The position numbers were made by a program, and so were the translations under genes. From Hyaloraphidium curvatum SAG 235-1 (lineage: Eukaryota; Fungi; Monoblepharomycota): a stretch of 64,000 nt of DNA. This document shows, piece by piece, positions 1 through 12,136 of the stretch. Every line of letters begins with the position of its first letter. The stretch's first letter is position 1. The DNA is taken from NCBI GenBank assembly GCA_025558095.1, contig JAIVFI010000021.1:248001-312000 (forward strand), in the 5' to 3' direction. Under the pieces are notes generated by a model. The model was not told the DNA's origin, did not search any database, and saw nothing but the letters and a program-made list of their open reading frames with translations.

Positions 1-351
1 CTGGGCGCCTGCGCCTTTGCCGCCTGCGGGATATGGCTGCTCGTCTCGGACCTCGCCCGCGCCGTCGGCGCGCGGGAACCCCCGCCGCGCGCGCGCCCGG
101 CCGGCGACCCCGCCGGCGGCGGCGTGCCGGGCGCCGGATTCCCGCAGGACAACATCCCCGGCGACCCCGCGCCCGCCGCGGGCGCGGGGGGCGGGTGGCT
201 CGGCGGGCTGGCGGTCACGGGCAGCGCCGGGATGACGGTCTTTGTGCTGCTGATCGTCGGAGCGATCAGGGCGGGGTTGGTGGTGTGGGAGGCGGTGAGG
301 GAGCGGTGCGAGAGGATGCTGCTGGGGCTGGATGTGGACTACTTGGAGTGA
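1..351 (+). CDS. 3' end of a membrane protein (runs off the window start)
   Basis: Frame 1 is open from base 1 (LGACAFAACGIWLLVSDL...GMTVFVLLIVGAIRAGLVVWEAVRERCERMLLGLDVDYLE*), with two hydrophobic segments. Confidence 0.55.
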   Translation: MGACAFAACGIWLLVSDLARAVGAREPPPRARPAGDPAGGGVPGAGFPQDNIPGDPAPAAGAGGGWLGGLAVTGSAGMTVFVLLIVGAIRAGLVVWEAVRERCERMLLGLDVDYLE

Positions 352-776
352 CGGCCGGGTCGTGGGTTTGGGGAAGCGGGGGGGAACTCTGGCAGGGCTG
401 TGCTGCGTCTTGGGGTAGTTTGGGGAATTGTACTGCTGATGCGGCATCCGGATCGTCGTCGTCTGTAGCAACTGATTGGATCGCTGAGAATACGCGTCTA
501 CGACTCGCCGCCCTGCGGTTTGGCGCCCCGGATTCGTGGCAAAGAAGCCCGTCCGATTGGTCCCTTCTGATGCGAAGGGCCGCCCGCCTTGCTGCAGCGA
601 CACTGCGGCCCCTGGAACCCGGCCGCACGCAGCTCCCTTCACAAAGAGCTTAGTCCGAGGCCGACCGAGGGAACATCCCGCCCGATCGCGCGGTGCCGTC
701 GTCGGCCCATCCGGTCGGGCACCGACGTCATCCCCAGCCCCAGGCATCCGCCCGCCCAAATCACCCCGAACCGGCC

Positions 777-1406
777 ATGCTCTCCCTCCCGCGCAGCTTC
801 ACCCGGGCGCCGTCGCCCCTCGCCCCGCCGTCGCCGTCGCTCGCGCCCTCCGCGGCGCCGGGCCCGCCGCGCGGGCTGTCCGCGTCGTGCGGCTCGGGCG
901 CGTCGTCCTCGTCGGGCGGCTGCGCGCACTCGGACGCGGGCGGCGACGACGACGGCGCGTGTTTCCTGTGCCTCGTCGAGCGCGGCTCGATGTCGGGCGG
1001 CGCGGCGCCCTCCGCCCCGCGCGGCCGCGAACCGCGCTACAACTCGCTCCCGCGCCCGTCCTCCTCCGCCCGCGCCGCGTCCCCCGGCCCCGCCTCCCTC
1101 CGCGACCTCAAAAGGGCGCAGACCTCCCCGCCGGCGCAGGAGCCGTCCCGCGGCGGCGGATTCGTCGCCGCCATCGCGTCGCTCCCCCGCGAGGCGGCCA
1201 GGGAGGTGCGGTGGACGCTGGAGGACCTGGACATCGCGGCGCCGCGGCGGCCCGCGACACCCTCCGTCGCGGACGATCCGGGGCCGAGGAGGACTGCGGT
1301 GCCCGCGGTGTACGAGAACTCGCTGCAGGAGGCCGTGCTCGCCGCGCGGAGGAGGGAGCTGGCCAAGGGGCAAACGGCGCAGCAGGCCAAGTACGGGGCA
1401 TTGTGA
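777..1406 (+). CDS. hypothetical low-complexity Ser/Pro/Ala-rich protein
   Basis: GCCATG start, GC3-rich codons, ordered-looking C-terminus (VYENSLQEAVLAARRRELAKG). No family recognised. Confidence 0.45.
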   Translation: MLSLPRSFTRAPSPLAPPSPSLAPSAAPGPPRGLSASCGSGASSSSGGCAHSDAGGDDDGACFLCLVERGSMSGGAAPSAPRGREPRYNSLPRPSSSARAASPGPASLRDLKRAQTSPPAQEPSRGGGFVAAIASLPREAAREVRWTLEDLDIAAPRRPATPSVADDPGPRRTAVPAVYENSLQEAVLAARRRELAKGQTAQQAKYGAL

Positions 1407-2104
1407 GAGTCGTGTGGGCGGGATAGTTGCGTGGATCTGTCGCGATTCTTTGTCCTTCATTGCGGCGGCGCGGTCGGTCGATGGACGGGCGATTCCGCGC
1501 TGGCTTGCCAGGGACGGGCGACTGCAACGATGGTCCAATACGCACACCCAACAGATGGCCGGACCCGTGGCACGCTTCTCCGCCCCGGCGCACCCCTCCG
1601 GCTTGCACACCCTCTTCCCCGACGCCGGGAACCTCTCCAGCGCCGCCGCAGACCTGACGGGCCGCCTCCGCAGCTCTCCCCCGCTGTTCCCGGCCATCCT
1701 GTCCGCGCAGGACCCGCGGAAGGTGCACGCTCGAATCACATCGGAATCACATGGCCTCGATCGAAGCCGGCAGGGGCGCCGAGGAATAAAGCACTTTAAG
1801 CTCATCGAGATTGCGCCTGAATTAGCTACATCGTTGGACAAGGCTGGTGCACGCCACGGCATGGGCGCCACGCCGGCGTGAGGGGAGAGGGAGCCGCCAG
1901 CGGTCCGCCGCGGGCTCCTGCTATCCGCCGACGAGAAGCATGCCGGGTTCCAGCAAGGTGAAAGCGTTCAGGTCCATGACCGGGAAGACGAGCGAAGCCC
2001 CCGCTCTATCCGCAGTCGCCGCTTGGAGCGCAGCCGCGCGAAACGGCTTTGGAAATGAGCGCCACACCACCTCACAGAAATGCTCCATCGTCCCATTTCG
2101 CTGC

Positions 2105-2475
2105 CCGCCAACGCGTTGGTGCGGGGGAGTTTGATCCGCCCTCGCCCGGGTCTCGGCCGCTGCCCGGATCCGAGTTGACGGCCAAACCCAGACGCTTGTC
2201 CAACGGCCCCAGCTCGGATTCCCAGGCCTTGCTCGGGTACCGCTGCGCGCGTGGGAGTTGCTACCCGCCAACCAACCCGCGCGATAGGTGGCCCCGGATC
2301 GAGAATTGCGGGACTGCCGAGAACACTCCGGACATCGGCCGCCACGAGAGGCAATGCACGATTCGGTGCTCAGGCCGCGCTCCGCTGCAACAGTTGGAAT
2401 ACAGCCACGTGCCGCTGTGCTGGCCGCCAACGCTTTGGTGCGGGGGAGTTTGATCCGCCGCCCGCGTCTCGGCCG
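2105..2475. repeat. dispersed ~55-bp direct repeat pair (2105-2159, 2424-2475)
   Basis: Both copies read ccgccaacgc(g/t)ttggtgcgggggagtttgatccgcc...gtctcggccg. Confidence 0.85.
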
Positions 2476-2504
2476 TCCTCCCATAGTAAAGAGGAATAGG
2501 AAAG

Positions 2505-2589
2505 CTAATCCGAAGGAGCAAATCCGGGCGTCGGGGGAGGAGGGGCGGGCGAGGTCGCAGCATTCGCAGGTGGGGCGGAGCTCGAGCAT
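2505..2589 (-). pseudogene. DUF1272-like N-terminal fragment
   Basis: MLELRPTCECCDLARPSSPDARICSF matches the N-terminal pattern of the small bacterial Cys-rich DUF1272 family (MLELRPxCECCD...ICSFECTFC). Similarity stops after ICSF. Confidence 0.6.
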
Positions 2590-2806
2590 CGCGGGCGGCG
2601 GTGTTGGCTTGGAGGGAGGAAGATGGACGGAGGGGGAGCAGGCAGCAGGACGGAGGATAGTAGCCCTCTACATGAAGCGTAGCATCCATTGCGAGCACCG
2701 GGCCTTCCACGGCGGGCCACCCCGTGTTAGATCAGTCGAGTGGGACGCAGCCGAGCTGCTTGTCCGAGCTCCGGCTGCGCGACGGCAGTGCAACTTCCGG
2801 CAGCAG

Positions 2807-4073
2807 CTAGGCCACCACAACCGCCACCCCCGGGTCGCCGTTGATGATCTTGCCCGCCGCCTGCTGCGCGATCCTGGGCGTTGCCGCGCCGAACCCCGAC
2901 ACCGTGTTGAGCCCCCACTTGAGCTGCCCCCTGCCGACGCCCGGCCCGGCCCAGACCAGGGGCACCGCCGGCGACGCGGCCGGACTCCCCCCCCGGTGGA
3001 AGTTGTTGGCGACGAAGAGCACCTGGCGGCCGCCCGCCACGTGCACGTGGGCGCGGTTGGCTGCGGCGCCGCCGCGCCCGCGGGCGGGGGCCGCCATGGC
3101 GCCCTTGAAGGAGCAGCCGACGAAGCGGATGCCCTCGCCGCCCGAGACGCGGACCTGCGCGCCGAAGGTGGGTTCCTCGTCCAGGGTGTCGAACGCGGCG
3201 CCGTCGACGATGAGCGCCTCGCCGCCCTCCACCGAGAGCGCGACCTGCGCCAGCTTGGTGGTGATCATCACCTTGCCGATGCGGGATTTGCTCATCACGC
3301 TGCGGATCACGGGGAGGCCGCGGGCGACGGCGGGGTAGCTGGGGGACGGGAGGTCAGGCCGGGCGGGCTGCGGCGGCGGGGCGCTCCCACGCGGCGGCGG
3401 CGTCGATGAAAGCGTGGCCGGCGCTGGAGAACACGTCGTTCTCGCTGCCGCCGAGGAAGAACGGGGTGTCGTAGAAGCCCTGCACGTGCACGGTGCCGCT
3501 GACGGTGACGCCGTCCCACCAGCCCCACGCGACGGTGTCGAAGTTGGACCAGCCGACGTTGTGGAAGTTGCTCATCCACAGCACCCTGCCGCGGCCGAAG
3601 CGGTCGTACGAGCCGGGGTCGAAGCGCGGCAGGAAGTGCGTGCCCTGGCGGCCGACGAAGAATATGCTCTCCATCTGCACGTCGCGCGGGCTGCCGTCGG
3701 CGGGGTACTCCTGCTCGGGGCCCTGGCGCAGCGTGAACGCGAGCAGCGACGAGCCGGGCGGGCCGTTCCACCGCAGCGTGGTGCCTGTGTGGTACTCGCG
3801 CGCGGCGCGGCCCGTGACCCCGCGCAGGTGCAGGCCCGACCACAGCTCGATCGGCCGCGAGAGGTCGTAGAAGCCCGCGTCGAACACGATCGTGGCGCGC
3901 GGCGCGACGGGGCCGCGCGCCGCCGCCCACGCGTTCAGTTGCGCCACGCGGTCGTCGGTCGTCGGGCCCGCAAAGAAGGCGTCGAAGAGCACCTCGCCGG
4001 CCGCCAGCGCGAGCGTGCCGTCGCAGAGCGCACCCGGCAGCGCACACAGCACGGCCAGTGCAACGAGGCGCAT
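2807..4073 (-). CDS. secreted pectin-lyase-fold (beta-helix)-like protein, 2 exons
   Basis: Signal peptide MRLVALAVLCALPGALC. TIVFDAGFYDLSRPIELWSGLHLRG resembles the N-terminal motif of pectate_lyase_3-type beta-helix proteins. A GT..CAG intron at 3339-3390 joins ORFs 3354-4106 and 2807-3310 in frame. Confidence 0.6.
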
Positions 4074-4585
4074 CGCCTGGTGGGGCCTCGGAATCGCGCG
4101 CGGCATCGGACAATAAGCAATTAGCAGGGATGCCGCTCAGGCACCATCGGAACGGATCGATCAGCCACACACGCAGGGCATGCGCTTCCCGCGGACGGCA
4201 CGGCAAGATGGGCCGCAGCCAAGATGAATCGCGGCCGGCGGAGATCCCTCACAAGTCCGTCAGTCGAGCGGCACGTACCCGGGATGCGTCGGATCGAGCC
4301 ACAGCGCGGCCTCGTCGGCCGGCGACAGCGTCGCCCACCACCTCCAGCACCTCCATCCACCACCACCCCCAGGCTCCGCCTTGTCCGGCCCGTTCAGCAG
4401 CTCCCTCATCACCAACTCCCTCAGCCCCGATGCCTGCCACCCGATACCGAATCCCATCCACACGTGGGCGAAACCATGCGGATCGATCCCCGGGGTTTTC
4501 ATGATTGTATTTGACATCGCAGTACAGCTTCATCTCGCAAAGAGATGCACCAAACGCGGCTGAGCTGCTGACCGTCGAGCAGCAG

Positions 4586-4644
4586 CCCAAAGAGTCCAAT
4601 GAAACCAGTACAACACCCAAAGAGTCCAACGAAACCAGTACAAC
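4586..4644. repeat. 30-bp tandem duplication
   Basis: cccaaagagtccaa(t/c)gaaaccagtacaac occurs twice. Confidence 0.9.
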
Positions 4645-4706
4645 GCTCCCGAAAAGCTGTCATCCGCACTCAAACGTCATCTTGGCGGCGGAAGGGGTCA
4701 GCTGGA

Positions 4707-6422
4707 TTAGATCTCGAGCGAAGCCGAGCGCCTCGCACCCTTCGCAGGCCTCCCGCGACGCCTGCCTCCCCCCCGCGCCGTCGGCTCGTACTCGTCCTCG
4801 GACGAGTCGTCCGCGTCCACCTCGGGCTCCTCCTCGTCCTCGTCGTCATCGTCCCCTTCGCCTCCCTCCCCCTCGAACTCCCCGTCCTGCTCGCTGTCCT
4901 CCACCTCGTCGCTCACCCCTCCGTGCCTCCCCACCCCGCCCGACCCTTGCTCCCCGGCCTCCGACAGCTGCTCGATGGGCCCTTCGGACGACACGCGCCC
5001 GCCCTGAGGGATGTTGAGCCGGATCGGCAGCGGCGGGTGCCGCGGCGCGGCCGGCGACGCCTCCACCGCCCTCCCCGCCTGGCGCCTGACGGTCGGCCGC
5101 GCGGGCTCCGTTTCCTCCTCCTCGTGCGCACCGCCGGCCTTGGACCGGGTGCGACCCGCCGGGGTCTCCTGCGCAGGCGCGAGGCGCGCACCGCCGGTCC
5201 CGAGGATCGGCTCGGGCTTCGTGCGCCGCGTGCGCGTATGCGGGTAGGGCGGGGGCGCTTGGAGCTCGTCACCGTGCAGGGAAGGGGACGTCGAGCGGAG
5301 GCGGGGGATGCCCGATGCGTTGGTGAGGACGCCAGCGGCGGAGTGCGGGGTGGGCTGGTCGATCGGCGAGGCGGGCTTGTCGATCGGGGAGGCGGGCTTG
5401 TCGGTCGGCGAGGCGGGAGGGGCGGGCTTGGGCTTGGGCGGCCGGCCGACCTTGCGCTTGGGCTGCGCCTCGACCTCCTTGGAACCGTTGCCGGGGGCTG
5501 CCTTGGGCCCGCTGGCCGGCTCCGGGGCGGGCGCGGCGTTCTTGGGCGGCCGGCCGCGGGGCCTCTTCGCAGCAGGTGCCCGATCGTCCGCGTACAATGC
5601 ATCCGCGCGTTCGTCCCCGCTGCCCACATGCATGAGTGCGGGTAGCGGGAGCGTCTCGGAGCCTTGGCCGTGCTTGGTGCCGGCGAGCGGAGCGGGCGTC
5701 GCGGGGGGAGCCTTGGCGACCTTGGCGCGGCCACCGGGACCGCGCGGCTCCGGCGGGCGGACCTCGGCTTGCTGGGGCGGGACCGGGTTCTTCCGAGGCC
5801 GACCGGGACCGCGCTTGGCGGGCGCTGCCGGCAAGTCGTCGCCCTGGATGCATCGGTGATCAGTTTGATCAGTGAGTGATCAGCGCACGGACAGCCTCCG
5901 CCTTGCGCCGCGACGCACCTGGAGCAGTTCAGCAATGTCCTCCACATTCCCCAATGCGAGCCCGTCGGCGCCGGAGGCCGCAGGCCCTTTCCCCGGCAGG
6001 GTGTACGCGGCGGGCTGATCGGCGTGAGCCGCGGGCCCCGGCCCCACGGCGACCGTCACGGCGGGGGCCAACGCAAACACGGGAGGCGCCTGGTGCTGCT
6101 GTTGCGGGCCAGGTGCGACCTGGGTTGCCGGGGCGGGGGGCGGGGGCGGCGGGGGCGCGGGGGCGACGAGCCGTCCGTCGGGATACGAGGCGTAGACGGC
6201 CTGCAGCACCTCGTTCGCGGCCCTGGAGCCGTCGCGGGTCGCCTGGAACCAGCCCTGGAAGAACAGCTGGGGCGAAAGGGCGATCTGGTCCGCAATCTGG
6301 GCCCCGGTGAAGCTCTGGCGCAGCGACGCGGCGGCGCCCGCGAGCTCGGGGTTGAGAGGGTCGCGGGAGATGAGAGCGTAGTACGCCTCGTCGGCCGAAA
6401 GGTCGCGGAAGCGGCGCGGCAT
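4707..6422 (-). CDS. multi-AT-hook nuclear protein with acidic tract (at least 2 exons; 3' end uncertain)
   Basis: AT-hook motifs KRGPGRPRK, KRPRGRPPK, KRKVGRPPK and RRRGRPAK. An intron at 5844-5918 joins ORF 5880-6491 to ORF 4707-5834. Confidence 0.65.
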
Positions 6423-7272
6423 GGTTGGAGTGTCGGTGGGGTGAGTCGGAGGAGTGATGTCGTGGCGGTCGGTCGAGTGCAGCCGTGTCACTCGAAATCG
6501 AAAATCGGCAACACCCGGTACACAAACATATCTCGCGACAAAATAGAATGGATAATATGTCCGCTATCTTCAAGTCCTGGATGGATTATTCCGGGGGATC
6601 GGAACCGCGCTGGCGCCCGGCCCGGATTTTGCCGCGGCAACCCATGAACCCCTGCTTTTGAATCAATTTTAGGCCAAGGAGGAAGCCGTTCGATGATTGT
6701 CTCGATGCCATAAGGTCATGATTAATGTTGTTGCCAATTCGAACGGACTGTTAGCGGTCACCTTCGATTTTGAGGCACTGACTTGCCGGACGCAGCCCTC
6801 CTATCATGAAGTAGAGGAAACTGCTCAGAGCGACTTGCTGCTATGCAAAGCATGTTTCCGAACGGTTTCTCCGTTTTCAATAAGGAGAAAGCCTCGTGGA
6901 AGAATCTGGAGATGTATATGTGAAGAGGACGAGCAACCCCTTTCATCTAGTCTTTTTCTTAGCATCACCTGCAGCAAATTCGACACATTGTTGCTGATTG
7001 ATCATTGCGTCGACACCTGGGGGTCCAATGTCGGAGTGACCCCGACCTGCATCAGGTGGCATCGGGCGGACCTGGATACGCCCAAACGAGCGCAAAACTC
7101 CGAGCAGATTTAGAAGTTCTCTTCACCGTCGCTTTTGGGAGTGGCAGATTGTCGGTCGTTTTCCTTTTGCCATTTCCGCGCCAAGTCGCACAGTCCCCAC
7201 CCGTTGATCCCCTTATCCCAAGTTCCTACAACGTGTCCGGCACGCACGAAATGATTTCCTGTCATTCCACCC

Positions 7273-8213
7273 TCACCCCCTCGCTGCCATCCAACCTCCG
7301 TCCACGACCTTGCCGAAAAAGTACGGCGCCATCCTCAACCAGGTCGGCCAATCATGGTCCATATCTTTCCCCCACTCGTCCAACCACGAGTCGACGCCCT
7401 TGGAACGCAGCACCGAGTGGATGAAGTACGAGTCGCGCCGGGCTTCCTCCTCCCAGCGACCACCGCCAATGGCGAGGATGGGGAACGTCCGTCGGAGGCG
7501 TGCCAGCACAGCCTCGTCGGTCAAGTTGGGGAGGTACTGCGACACGGGCAGGTTAGCACTGTGGCCGAAGGCGGCCGAGGAACCCACCCTGGAGGGATCG
7601 TTGAAATAAATCGAGTCGTTGACGAAGTCGGTCCCGAGCACTTCGGTCAGCGAGAGCACGCTCGACATTCCCACGGCGTAGGAAAAGAGGTGCGGGTGCT
7701 TCAGCAGCGAATTGACGGCGTGGTAGCCTTCCCGTCCAAGAGTCAGAGTCAGCTCGGGTCCATGACCGCACCGGCGCGGACCCACCTCCCCACGAGACGC
7801 CCGTGGTCCCGAGCACCCTCCCTGGCCCGCACTTCTCCACGTACGGAACCACCTCCTCCGCCACGTACTTGTCGTACTGCACGTGCCTTCCCGCGCGCTC
7901 CTCGGCCGGTTTCCAGTGCGGACCAAAGAACGACTCGGAGTCTACCGAGTCCACGCAGAAAAGCTGGAGCTTCCCGCCCTCCACGAAAGGCCACAACGAC
8001 GAGACCATTCCCCTGTCCTCGAAATCGTAGAAGCGGCCCTCGCTGGAGGGGAACACGACGCACGCGAACGGCGCCGAGTCGGAGCCCCCTGCGCGGCGAA
8101 TCAGCGGCGCATCCCGGAAACGGAGGCTCGGAAGGGGACGTACAGATATTCATGGCCATCGTGCGGTCCAGATTCGGCGAGTGCCACGAGACATGGCGCT
8201 TGTGCTCGGACAT
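7273..8213 (-). CDS. bacterial-type putative esterase (COG4947-like alpha/beta hydrolase), spliced
   Basis: WHSPNLDRTM..., VFPSSEGRFYDFEDRGMV, LQLFCVDSVDSES, nucleophile elbow GVSWG|GYHA, C-terminal WGKDMDHDWPTW. The pieces lie in different frames separated by short GT..AG introns. Confidence 0.8.
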
Positions 8214-8568
8214 TTCGGCGGTGAATGACGGTTTGGGGCCTCCGTCACGCCTCGGACCCTGACGTTGACTTCCGCCGATCAGTGAACTTTCCCAGCGAAT
8301 GGCAGTGTTGAATGAAGAAATGATCAATCATTCGATTTGCCTTACTGGCGCACTACTGCCGGATGCCGGTGATCTCCTTGGTAGATACCATGTATGTCAC
8401 TCAGGTCACAACGCGCCCCCAACAAGATCCGCCACCAGAAAGCTCGAGTACGGCTATGACAGTGCCAGAACTGAGCCAGCTGGATCCGTCGGATAGCTGA
8501 AGCGAGCTTGGCGCGGCGGGGGCGTACAGACGTCCTGGCTCTCAAACGCCTCACCACAACAACCAACC

Positions 8569-11500
8569 ATGGCCTTCCTGCGGACGCCCAAGGCCGACAG
8601 CGACCTCCTCCGCTCGCTGTCGCTCGAGGACCAGTCCGAGGCCCCCGCCGTGGGCGATGCCGCGCGACCGGAGCCTTCCCCCGCGGTGCCGCCGGCCTCC
8701 GCGCCGGGCCCCTCCGTACCTCGCCCCGCGCCCTCGAAACCCGCCGAACCGCCCCAGCGGGAATGGGCGCACGTGGTCAAGCTCGACGAGGACCCGCCCG
8801 ACTACTCCGAGACGGTGACCAACGCGATGGAGTTCCCCTTCTCGCTGGACCCGTTCCAGCGCCAGGCCGTGTACCGCCTGGAGCGGCACGAGTCGGTGTT
8901 CGTGGCCGCGCACACGTCGGCGGGCAAAACGGTGGTGGCGGACTACGCGATCGCGCTGTCGAGGAAGCACACGACGAGGTCGGCGGGCCCGTGCGGCGCG
9001 GGGAACGCAGCCTGACGTCCCGGGGCGCCAGATCCATCTACACCTCCCCCATAAAAGCCCTTTCCAACCAGAAATTCCGCGACTTCCGGGAGACTTTTGG
9101 CGACGAGTCCGTCGGCATCCTCACCGGCGACGTGCAGATCCGCCCCGAGGCCCCCTGCCTGGTCATGACGACGGAGATTTTGCGGTCGATGCTGTACCGC
9201 GGCGCGGACCTCATCCGGGACGTCGAGTTTGTCGTCTTTGACGAGGTGCACTACATCAACGACATCGAGGTGGGTTTTCGTGGCGCCTGCCCCCCTGCTG
9301 GCCTGACCTCGGCCGGCGCGTCGTGCAGCGCGGCGTGGTCTGGGAGGAGGTCATCATCATGCTCCCCGCCCACATCACCCTCATCCTCCTGTCCGCGACC
9401 GTTCCCAACACCAAAGAGTTTGCCGACTGGGTCGGCCGGACGAAGGAGAAGGACATCTACGTCATCACCACCCCCCGGCGCCCCGTCCCGCTGGAGCACA
9501 GCCTCTTCGTCTCGCGCGCCGGCACGGCGGGGCAGGGAGAGCTGTTCATGGTTGTGGACGCGCAGAAGAACTTCAGCTCCCCGAACTGGAAGAAGGCCTA
9601 CGACGCGGCGTCGGGTGCCAAGAAGGAGGCCGAGAAGCGGGAGCGGCTGGCCAACGAGCAGCGCGGGCGGGGCGGGTACGCGACCCGCGGGGTGCAGGCG
9701 CGTCCCGGGGGCGCGCCGTCGAGGTCGGGCCCGGCGTCGAGCGTGGACAAGAACACCTACACGCACCTCATCTCCCTGTTGCGGAAGAAGGACCTGCTCC
9801 CCGCGGTGGTCTTCACCTTCTCCAAGCGCAAGTGCGAGGAGTACGCAGAGAACCTCTCCAACACGGACCTGACCGTCGGCGCGGCCGAGAAATCCGAGGT
9901 CCACCTCTTCATCGAAAAGTCGCTGGCCAAGCTCTCGGACGCGGACCGGCAGCTCCCCCAGATCCTCCGCATGCGCGGGCTGCTGTCGCGCGGGATCGCG
10001 GTGCACCACGGCGGCCTGCTCCCGCTCATGAAGGAGATCGTCGAGATCCTCTTTGCGCGCGGCCTGGTGCGCGTGCTGTTCGCCACCGAGACGTTTGCGA
10101 TGGGGGTCAACATGCCCGCGAGGACGGTGGTCTTTTCCAGCGTGCGCAAGCACGACGGGCGCTCCTTCCGCGACCTGCTCCCGGGCGAGTACACGCAGAT
10201 GGCCGGTCGGGCGGGGCGGCGCGGGCTCGACACGGCGGGGACGGTGATCATCGCGTGCAACGACCAGATACCCGAGGTGGGCCACCACCGCCTCTCTGCG
10301 GTGCGGGCATGGCTGACGGAGCGCGCGGCGGCAGAGCACGGACCTGCAGAACATGATCCTGGGCCAGCCGACCAAGCTCGAGTCGCAGTTCCGGCTCACG
10401 TACGGCATGATCCTCAACCTGCTGCGGATCGAGTCGATGAAGGTCGAGGACATGATCAAGCAGAGCTTCTTCGAGAACGCGATGCAGAAGTGGGTCCCCC
10501 CTTTGCCGCCCTCCTCGTTTCCGCTCACGGGGACGCCGCGGAAAGGGCCCTGCCGGCGCAACGCCTCCGATTCGAGGAGCTCTCCGTGGCCGTCGGCGAG
10601 CTGCCCCCACTCTCGTGCGCCATCTGCGAGTCCGACCTCGCGCGGTTCCACGCGGCGTCCAAGGAGTGCGAGCGCGACTGGGCGCGGCTGCGGGACGGGT
10701 GGATCCTCAAGAACCCCCTTGGGACCAAGGCGCTCGTCCCCGGCAGGGTGCTGGTGCTGTCGTCGCCGCAGGCGCCCCCGAACACGGTGGCTGTGTTGGT
10801 GAAGAGGGACGGGGAAGCGGCGGTGGTGCTGGCGCTGTGGGACCGCGCGTGGCACCCGCCGACGCCGGAGGCGCCGGGGCTGCTGGCGGCTTCGCTGCCC
10901 GCGAACCGGGTGCACGTGCCGGCGGAGCGGGATCCGCCCGAGGGCAAGCTGCTCACGGTCCCGCAGACCGAGATCGCGTGCATAACCTCGGCGACAGTCA
11001 AACCCGACTTTGATGCGTTGGCGGCGAACAAGCCCGCCGAGGTCGCCAAGGCCGCGGGCACGCTGCTGCAGCAGGCCGAGGCGACCAACCGCGGGCCTGC
11101 GATCGCCGAGGTGGACTTTGCAAAGATCAAGGACCTGGATTTCCAGCTGCTGTACGGGGACAGGCGGAGCACGATCAAGGGGCTGGCGAGGTACAAGTGC
11201 ATGCAGTGCCCCGACCTCCTCGAGCACGTGAGTCCCTCGCTCCCCTTCTCGGGCGGCGTACCGTGCTGACCGCTCTTCCCCTCCGGGGACGCAGTTCGCG
11301 ATCGTGGACCGGCAGGAGCTCTACCACGCGCAGCTCTCCCAGCTGGCGCACGAGCTCTCGGACGGCAACCTCGCCCTCCTGCCGGACTACCACCAGCGGA
11401 TCGAGGTGCTCCGGCGGAAGGAGTACATCGCCGAGGACGGCACGGTGGGGCTCAAGGGGAGGGTGGCGTGCGAGGTGGGTCCCGGTCGGCGGGCGGAGAG

Positions 11501-12023
11501 GGACGGGTCCTGATCTGTGGAGCAGATCAACACGGCCGACGCGCTGGCGCTCACGGAGCTCGTGCTGGACAACTTCTTCGCCGACTTCGAGCCCGCCGAG
11601 GCGGTCGCGCTGCTTTCGGCTTTCGTCTTCCAGGAGAAATCCGACAGCGAGCCGCAGCTGACGCCCAAGCTCGCCGAGGGCGTGCAGCGGATGAAGGCCA
11701 ACAGCCAGCGGCTCGGGGAGCTGCAAAAGTCGTGCGGCCTCGACATCAGCGTCGAGGACTATTTGAAGGAAACGCTCAACTTTGGCCTGGTGGAGGTGGT
11801 GTACGAGTGGGCGCGCGCGGTGCCGTTCAAGGACGTGGTGGAGCTCACGGACGTGCTCGAGGGGACCATCGTGCGGACCATCGTGCGGCTGGACGAGACG
11901 TGCAGGGAGGTGCAGGGGGCCGCCAAGGCGGTGGGCGACGCGGGGCTGGTGGCAAAGATGGAGGCGGCGTCGGCGTCGATACGGAGGGACGTGGTGTTTG
12001 CGACCTCGCTGTACTTTGGCTAG
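8569..12023 (+). CDS. SKI2: Ski2 antiviral/exosome DExH RNA helicase, multi-exon
   Basis: [78 protein letters not shown], and C-terminal [13 protein letters not shown]...[12 protein letters not shown]. Confidence 0.93.
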
Positions 12024-12136
12024 ACGCGGGGCGCACAATGGAATGCCCGGGCTCTTTGTCAAGACCGCCCGCGGTGCTTCCAAGCCTTCCAAGAACCCCA
12101 TCCTCGCCTCTCTCCCGGTCCTCTCCCCTGTCCCGG

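Noticed and set aside
2126-2137. GAGTTTGATCC resembling the 16S rRNA 5' primer site
   Set aside because: Only 11-12 nt match and no rRNA sequence follows.
6490-7270. Lower-GC stretch with a 138-aa ORF
   Set aside because: No recognisable domain or coding bias. Treated as intergenic or decayed sequence.
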